Under the pieces are notes generated by a model, which worked only from the letters and a program-made list of their open reading frames with translations, was not told the DNA's origin and did not search any database. A program made the translations under genes and the position numbers. Positions 48,609-53,375 of a DNA stretch of 53,375 nt are shown here, piece after piece. The DNA lies in NCBI GenBank assembly GCA_049472355.1, contig JBLIRP010000005.1:1-53375 (forward strand), given 5' to 3'. Each line of letters opens with the position of its first letter. Within the stretch, counting starts at the first letter, position 1. This DNA comes from a bacterium (GTDB taxonomy: Bacteria; SZUA-182; DTGQ01; JAFGSM01).

Positions 48609-48645
48609 CCCGGCCTCGAACCTTCGTGGAAGGTTCCAGGCCGGG
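48609..48645 (+). terminator. Strong hairpin closing the six-gene array
   Basis: CCCGGCCTCGAACCTT-loop-AAGGTTCCAGGCCGGG, 15 nt after the last stop codon. The U-tract is weak. Confidence 0.6.
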
Positions 48646-48818
48646 TATGCACGGTCATTTCATTGGTGCAACGAGTGAAAAATTCTCTCAGGAAAGCCGA
48701 ACCACCGGTACATGGAAACGCAACATCCAGGGAGTAAACTATGCCACCGCACGCAGCGGGGTATCAAAAGAAATTTTTTCAAACCACCCCAAGGAGCGGG
48801 GAATTAAATCCATAGGGA

Positions 48819-49679
48819 TTAAAGCCCCTTGCCCCAGTCCTCGATTTCGGCCTTCTGGTACCCCTCCTGCTGGAGCGTCATGTCCAGGTTGATGACCAGG
48901 CCTGATTGCCTCTTCAACTCATCGTCCTTGGCGAGTTTGCCATGGCGGGCCAGGGCCGCCGAAAGATCCTCCACCGCCTTTATCAAGGCCTTTTCCAGGG
49001 ATTGGTGGGGTATGATCGTCCCCGGGTTGAACCGGGGTGGAACCCCCCCATCCTCGGCAATAGGCTCAGAGAAGTGAGCAATATGGCGCATCTTCTTCAT
49101 GGCCTGGTCCATGAGCTGCCAGCCGATCTTGCCCTTTTTCTGAAATACCCACGAGGAGCGGATGTGCTGCAGCATCTCGGTGTATTTATTGGTTACTTCA
49201 GCCTGGAGCGTGGTGACGAATCCTTCAGGCAGTTCACCCTGTTGTTCAGCCAACCCCGCCTTCTGTTCAGGGCTCAGCTTGCTCAGTTTGCGTGCAAACT
49301 TCCTGGCATGTCCGGCGGATTCCCAGGCCTCCCTGTGGAGTACCCGCTTTATATGGGGATCATCCACTGTATCCGCCTCGCTGTTGTAGTGGGGAATCAG
49401 GTTCTCTTCATATTGTATATAGGATGTGAGGATCGTCTCACGACTGGTGGGGTCATAGGGATACGGCGCAGGGGCCAGATTCGGCTCCCCCCCGAGATCT
49501 CCTACGATCATTCCCAGCCAATGCATATGCCACATCTCTTCCCGTGAGATGGAGATAAGGCTTGAACCCAGGGGGGTATCCTCTCCCTCGATCCATCCAT
49601 GAACAAGATACCGTATGATCGCGGCATGTTCCTCCGCCATATCCCTGTTGAGCATATCGATCAGGGCCTGTCGTTCCAT
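48819..49679 (-). CDS. Tandem ferritin-like (bacterioferritin/rubrerythrin-type) domain protein
   Basis: The first domain has EEHAAIIRY, EEMWH and ESAGH diiron-type motifs; the second repeat is degenerate (KKMRH). SD GGAGGTG. Confidence 0.78.
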   Translation of the reverse strand: MERQALIDMLNRDMAEEHAAIIRYLVHGWIEGEDTPLGSSLISISREEMWHMHWLGMIVGDLGGEPNLAPAPYPYDPTSRETILTSYIQYEENLIPHYNSEADTVDDPHIKRVLHREAWESAGHARKFARKLSKLSPEQKAGLAEQQGELPEGFVTTLQAEVTNKYTEMLQHIRSSWVFQKKGKIGWQLMDQAMKKMRHIAHFSEPIAEDGGVPPRFNPGTIIPHQSLEKALIKAVEDLSAALARHGKLAKDDELKRQSGLVINLDMTLQQEGYQKAEIEDWGKGL

Positions 49680-49894
49680 GATCACCTCCCGTAATAATTA
49701 TTGGTTACATATTCTTAAGGAATATTCACTATTGTACTGACCGGCGGTCCGCCAAGCAAATTACTATATCAGAAAGTAAGGGAATGATGAAATACCCCGA
49801 ACGTGGACAGCAATTCTGAGATGCATCCATATCGGGAATAAGATATTCATATACAACAAGGGGATTGAAGGGAGAACGCCGTTTCGGATAAATG

Positions 49895-49931
49895 AAAAGA
49901 CGCAGGGGGGCATCAGACACCCCCCTGCGTC
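49895..49931 (-). terminator. Rho-independent terminator of the hydrogenase operon
   Basis: 12-bp stem GACGCAGGGGGG/CCCCCCTGCGTC followed by TTTT on the minus strand. Confidence 0.8.
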
Positions 49932-50097
49932 GAATATTCATCCCGCCGGATTCAGGGAGGACTTCATCAGAGGTTTTTGTCCTCATTGTTCTCGATAAAG
50001 GAGCAAATCCTCACGTCTGGAAGCCTGATCTCGAAGCCTCCTTGAAGACCGTATGCGTCTATTTCACCGCCACTTCGAAAGATATTGCGCTGGTATC

Positions 50098-50814
50098 TTA
50101 ACCCTTTTTGAACTCCTGTTCCGATGCCTCCTCAAAGAAGTGTCCGTTCACGATGGATGAGATGGTTCCCTGTCTGAATACCGCGTCATACCAAAAGGCC
50201 AGATAGGTATGGATCAGGATGAAGATGATAAAGAGCCACATGAGTACACCGTGAATGAATCGCGTCCCTGCAAGACCACCGAAGATCCCCCTCTGGATGG
50301 GACCAAGGACCGCGGCGGAAAACTTGGCAAGCCCGGCCTGGTGGAGCGATCCGTAAAGGACCATGCCGGTCACTGCCTCGATGGACGTAATGACAAAAAG
50401 GAAGAGATACGCAGCGGATTGCAAAGAGCCATAGAGCCCGCAGTGCTCGGGCGGATCGGTCGAAATCAGGGTATAAAACTTGACCGCCTGCCACGTGCAC
50501 TTGAGGTTGGTCCATGCGTAGAAATCCTTCCAGTCCGCATGGAAACGCGAGAAGAAGGCGAGGTAGATCCTCCAGAGGAGCAGGGCGACCAGCAGGAGGC
50601 CGAAGATGAGGTGGATGAAGCGCATATTGGCCATCAGGAACTTCTCGGTGGTCACGCCCGCACCGACGGTAAACGGCTTTGCAATATAAAATCCGGTAAC
50701 AATGAGCAGCACGATGTCGATGGCCATGGCCCAATGGTTGACGCACATGGCCACCGACCAGTGCTTGATTGCCTTATACGGCAATCGCTTTGGAGCAGGG
50801 CTTTCCTTTGCCAT
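50098..50814 (-). CDS. [NiFe]-hydrogenase b-type cytochrome subunit
   Basis: NHWAMA..LIVTGFYI, RFIHL, RFIHG..W and IHTY heme-ligand His residues, 4 TMs and an ISSIVNG tail. Confidence 0.92.
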   Translation of the reverse strand: MAKESPAPKRLPYKAIKHWSVAMCVNHWAMAIDIVLLIVTGFYIAKPFTVGAGVTTEKFLMANMRFIHLIFGLLLVALLLWRIYLAFFSRFHADWKDFYAWTNLKCTWQAVKFYTLISTDPPEHCGLYGSLQSAAYLFLFVITSIEAVTGMVLYGSLHQAGLAKFSAAVLGPIQRGIFGGLAGTRFIHGVLMWLFIIFILIHTYLAFWYDAVFRQGTISSIVNGHFFEEASEQEFKKG

Positions 50815-50828
50815 GGTGGTTTCCTCCG

Positions 50829-52502
50829 TTATTGAATTTTAAACCTCTTGATCTCGTTCGTCCTCGGGTCGATGATGTGGATGGCACAGGCCAGACATGG
50901 ATCAAAGGAGTGGATGGTCCTGATGATCTCCAGGGGTTGATCGATGTTGGCCATGGTGGTGCCGATGAGCGCCTCCTCGTACGGCCCTCTCTGTCCCTTG
51001 TCGTCCCTCGGGGAGGCGTTCCATGTCGAAGGAACCACTGCCTGGTAGTTGGCGATCTTCTTGTTCTCGATGCGTATCCAGTGGCCCAGGTCTCCTCGGG
51101 GCACCGCAGTCAATCCCCGTCCCTCGGCGGAGTTCGGGATGTCGCAGCGTGTCCAGGTGCGCTCATCTCCGCCCTTGATATTGGTCACCAATTCGGTCAC
51201 CCATCCCTCGACGTTCCGGGCGACCAGGATGCCTTCGATGCAGCGGCCTGCTGTTCTTCCCAGGGTGGAGAAGAGGGCACTGGCCGGGATCTGTGCGGCA
51301 TCCAGGGCGAACTCCACAAGGGGCTTGATCCTTGTGTCACCCTTTGCATATCCGATGATCATGCGGGCCAGAGGGCCGACCTCCATGGGTTTTCCGTCGT
51401 ACCGCGGCGCCTTCACCCAGGAATATTTCTCGTCTCCCTTGACAAACCCCTCAGGACCGAATCCGGTGTAGTGGGGCTCGGTCACGCCGTCGGAGGGATG
51501 CAGGCTGGCATTCCCTTTGTACCATGAGTGGGTGACATTCTCCGTGATCTTGGTCTCATCGAGATCGTCTACCTTGTTCAGATTCCCGTTCATCACGATG
51601 CCCTTGGGAAGGAGGGTCTCATTCCAGTCGTCGTCCAGGGGAAATCCGCCGTAGGCGAGGTAGTTCTTGGTGCCCGCGCCGATGTTCGCCGCGCCCTCAT
51701 CCTTGTAATACTGGGCGGCGAGGAGGACATCGGGGAGATAGGCGGTCTCGAAGAACTTCTTTACCTCCTTGAGACGGTAAAGGTACTGGCCAAGCCGGTG
51801 CGCATCCAGGGCATCCATGACGCTGGTCACCCCTCCGACCACCAGGCTTTGCGGATGCGGATTCTTCCCACCGAAGATGGCCATCATCTGCGCTGCAACC
51901 CGCTGTACCGCCAATGCATCGAGATAGTGAGAGGCGATCACCAGGTTTGCCTCCGGGGGGAATTTGTATGAGTCATTTCCCCAGTAGGCATGGGCAAAGG
52001 GACCCAGCCGGCCTGATTTGACGAAGGTGTTGAGCCGCTTTTGCACCGCCTGGTAGTGGGAGACGGAGCAGTTGTACGGATCGTCGGAGAAGCTGCGCGC
52101 GAGATCCACCGCCTTCTTGGGATCGGCGGAAAGTGCGCTCACGATGTCCACCCAGTCAAGGCCGTGAAGATGATAGAAATGGACTATTTTGTCGTGAAGG
52201 TACTGAGAACCCTTTATCAGGTTCCGTATGAGCCGGGCATTTTTGGGCGGGGTCACCCCGATGGCGTTTTCCACCGCCAGGGTTGCCGCCTCATAGTGCG
52301 AATAGGTACACACACCGCAGAATCGCTGGGTCATCAAACCGGCATCCCGGGGGTCCCTCCCCTGGAGAATAACCTCGATCCCCCTCCAGAGGGTGGCGGA
52401 ACTCCATGCATTGGTAATGCGGTTTGCATTATCCACCTCCACCTCGATCCTGAGATGACCCTCGATACGTGTAATAGGATCCACAATAAGCCGTTTTGCC
52501 AT
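50829..52502 (-). CDS. Group 1 respiratory [NiFe]-hydrogenase large subunit
   Basis: DPITRIEGH, L1 motif RFCGVC, HFYHLH and L2 motif DPCLACAIH followed by a cleavable tail. Confidence 0.97.
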   Translation of the reverse strand: MAKRLIVDPITRIEGHLRIEVEVDNANRITNAWSSATLWRGIEVILQGRDPRDAGLMTQRFCGVCTYSHYEAATLAVENAIGVTPPKNARLIRNLIKGSQYLHDKIVHFYHLHGLDWVDIVSALSADPKKAVDLARSFSDDPYNCSVSHYQAVQKRLNTFVKSGRLGPFAHAYWGNDSYKFPPEANLVIASHYLDALAVQRVAAQMMAIFGGKNPHPQSLVVGGVTSVMDALDAHRLGQYLYRLKEVKKFFETAYLPDVLLAAQYYKDEGAANIGAGTKNYLAYGGFPLDDDWNETLLPKGIVMNGNLNKVDDLDETKITENVTHSWYKGNASLHPSDGVTEPHYTGFGPEGFVKGDEKYSWVKAPRYDGKPMEVGPLARMIIGYAKGDTRIKPLVEFALDAAQIPASALFSTLGRTAGRCIEGILVARNVEGWVTELVTNIKGGDERTWTRCDIPNSAEGRGLTAVPRGDLGHWIRIENKKIANYQAVVPSTWNASPRDDKGQRGPYEEALIGTTMANIDQPLEIIRTIHSFDPCLACAIHIIDPRTNEIKRFKIQ

Positions 52503-52586
52503 TGTATTAGCCCCCTTTTAATCTATTGATTTGCCTGAGCAAAATCGAACATTCATGCTGCCTGAGACCTGCCGGTGAAGCTATTC

Positions 52587-53375
52587 CTATTTACCGGGTT
52601 GTCTGATGGCGCTTCCGATGGCATGGATGGCGATCCCTGCCACGGTCACCGCAGTCAGGGCGATTCCCACCTTGTCCGCGGTTGCCTCGATTCCACCAAA
52701 GGGGAGTACGGCTCCCTCATGGATGGGTTTTTCCAAAGGTGCCATCTTATCCCAGAAATCGGGCTCGGTGCAGCCGATACACCCGTGTCCCGCCATGACC
52801 GGCCATGACGTCGCCTGGTTGAATCGCACCTGGGGGCAATTGGCGTAGGTATAGGGCCCTTTGCACCCCATCTTGTAGAGACACCATCCCCTTTTGGCAT
52901 ACTCGTCGCCCCATTCCTCGACAAACTCACCAGCATCGTAGTGGGGACGCCGCTCGCAGAAGTCGTGAATGCGTTTTCCATATGCCCATACCGGCCGTCC
53001 CAGGCCATCCAGACCGGGAAGGGACCCGAAGAGGATGTAGTGAAGGATGGTGCCCACAAAATTGATGCCGTTGGGCGGGCATCCGGGGATATTCACGGTG
53101 CTGATCCCGAGGGCGTCACCAATCCCTTTGGCGTTGGTGGGATTCGGATGGGCTGCCGGGACATTCCCGAAGGCGGAACATGAGCCGATGCATATGACCA
53201 TGGCGGCCTTCGATGTCACCTCCTTTGCAATCTCATAACCGGTCTTGCCCTTGGCCCCTATGGTGAGGAACTTTCCGTCCATGCCCATGGGAATGGCCCC
53301 TTCGATGACGCATACGAACTGGCCGGGAAATTTCTCCAGCGCCTCCTCAAGACAGGCCTCTGCCTGATGCCCTGC
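52587..53375 (-). CDS. [NiFe]-hydrogenase small subunit (5' end beyond the window)
   Basis: GSCSAFG, PGCPP, IHDFCERR, WCLYKMGCKGP and GHGCIGC motifs plus a C-terminal TM anchor. The frame is open to the window edge. Confidence 0.96.
   Translation of the reverse strand, partial: AGHQAEACLEEALEKFPGQFVCVIEGAIPMGMDGKFLTIGAKGKTGYEIAKEVTSKAAMVICIGSCSAFGNVPAAHPNPTNAKGIGDALGISTVNIPGCPPNGINFVGTILHYILFGSLPGLDGLGRPVWAYGKRIHDFCERRPHYDAGEFVEEWGDEYAKRGWCLYKMGCKGPYTYANCPQVRFNQATSWPVMAGHGCIGCTEPDFWDKMAPLEKPIHEGAVLPFGGIEATADKVGIALTAVTVAGIAIHAIGSAIRQPGK

Noticed and set aside
49950..49990. CTGATGA hammerhead-like core on the minus strand
   Set aside because: There is no properly placed GAAA and no three-stem arrangement.

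Overview
This 53.4-kb window is bacterial chromosome. The gene content suggests an anaerobe of the deltaproteobacteria-like / candidate-phylum type; the taxonomy is inferred and not established. From left to right: (1) a GC-rich housekeeping block with a membrane-fused spermidine synthase, PBP1A, tRNA-Gly(CCC), amrS, galT, a Re-citrate-synthase-like enzyme, yggS-proC-DUF167-mtnA, a short glmU and a FlhG/J-domain pair; (2) an AT-rich mosaic glycan-biosynthesis island at 16.5-29.3 kb; (3) more core genes (ubiB-like, alaS, nadA, hom, aminotransferase, lipA, trxB); (4) a prenyl synthase-ApbE-NusG-II-Gx flavinylation-type module; (5) a ferritin-like gene and a membrane-bound group 1 [NiFe]-hydrogenase operon that runs off the right edge. 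The most unusual region is 44.4-48.65 kb. There a near-consensus sigma70 promoter is followed by a ~250-nt RNA with long nested base-pairing that I cannot assign to a known family. Behind it is a terminator-bounded array of six small, secreted, almost uncharged paralog-like proteins with a shared layout: signal peptide, then Gln, then a Pro/aromatic tract, an R-x-A-A-like motif and a hydrophobic C-terminal module. Other oddities are two MITE-like elements with 6-bp target duplications and a possible decayed GlmU acetyltransferase remnant. All calls come from reading motifs by eye; no database searches were run.
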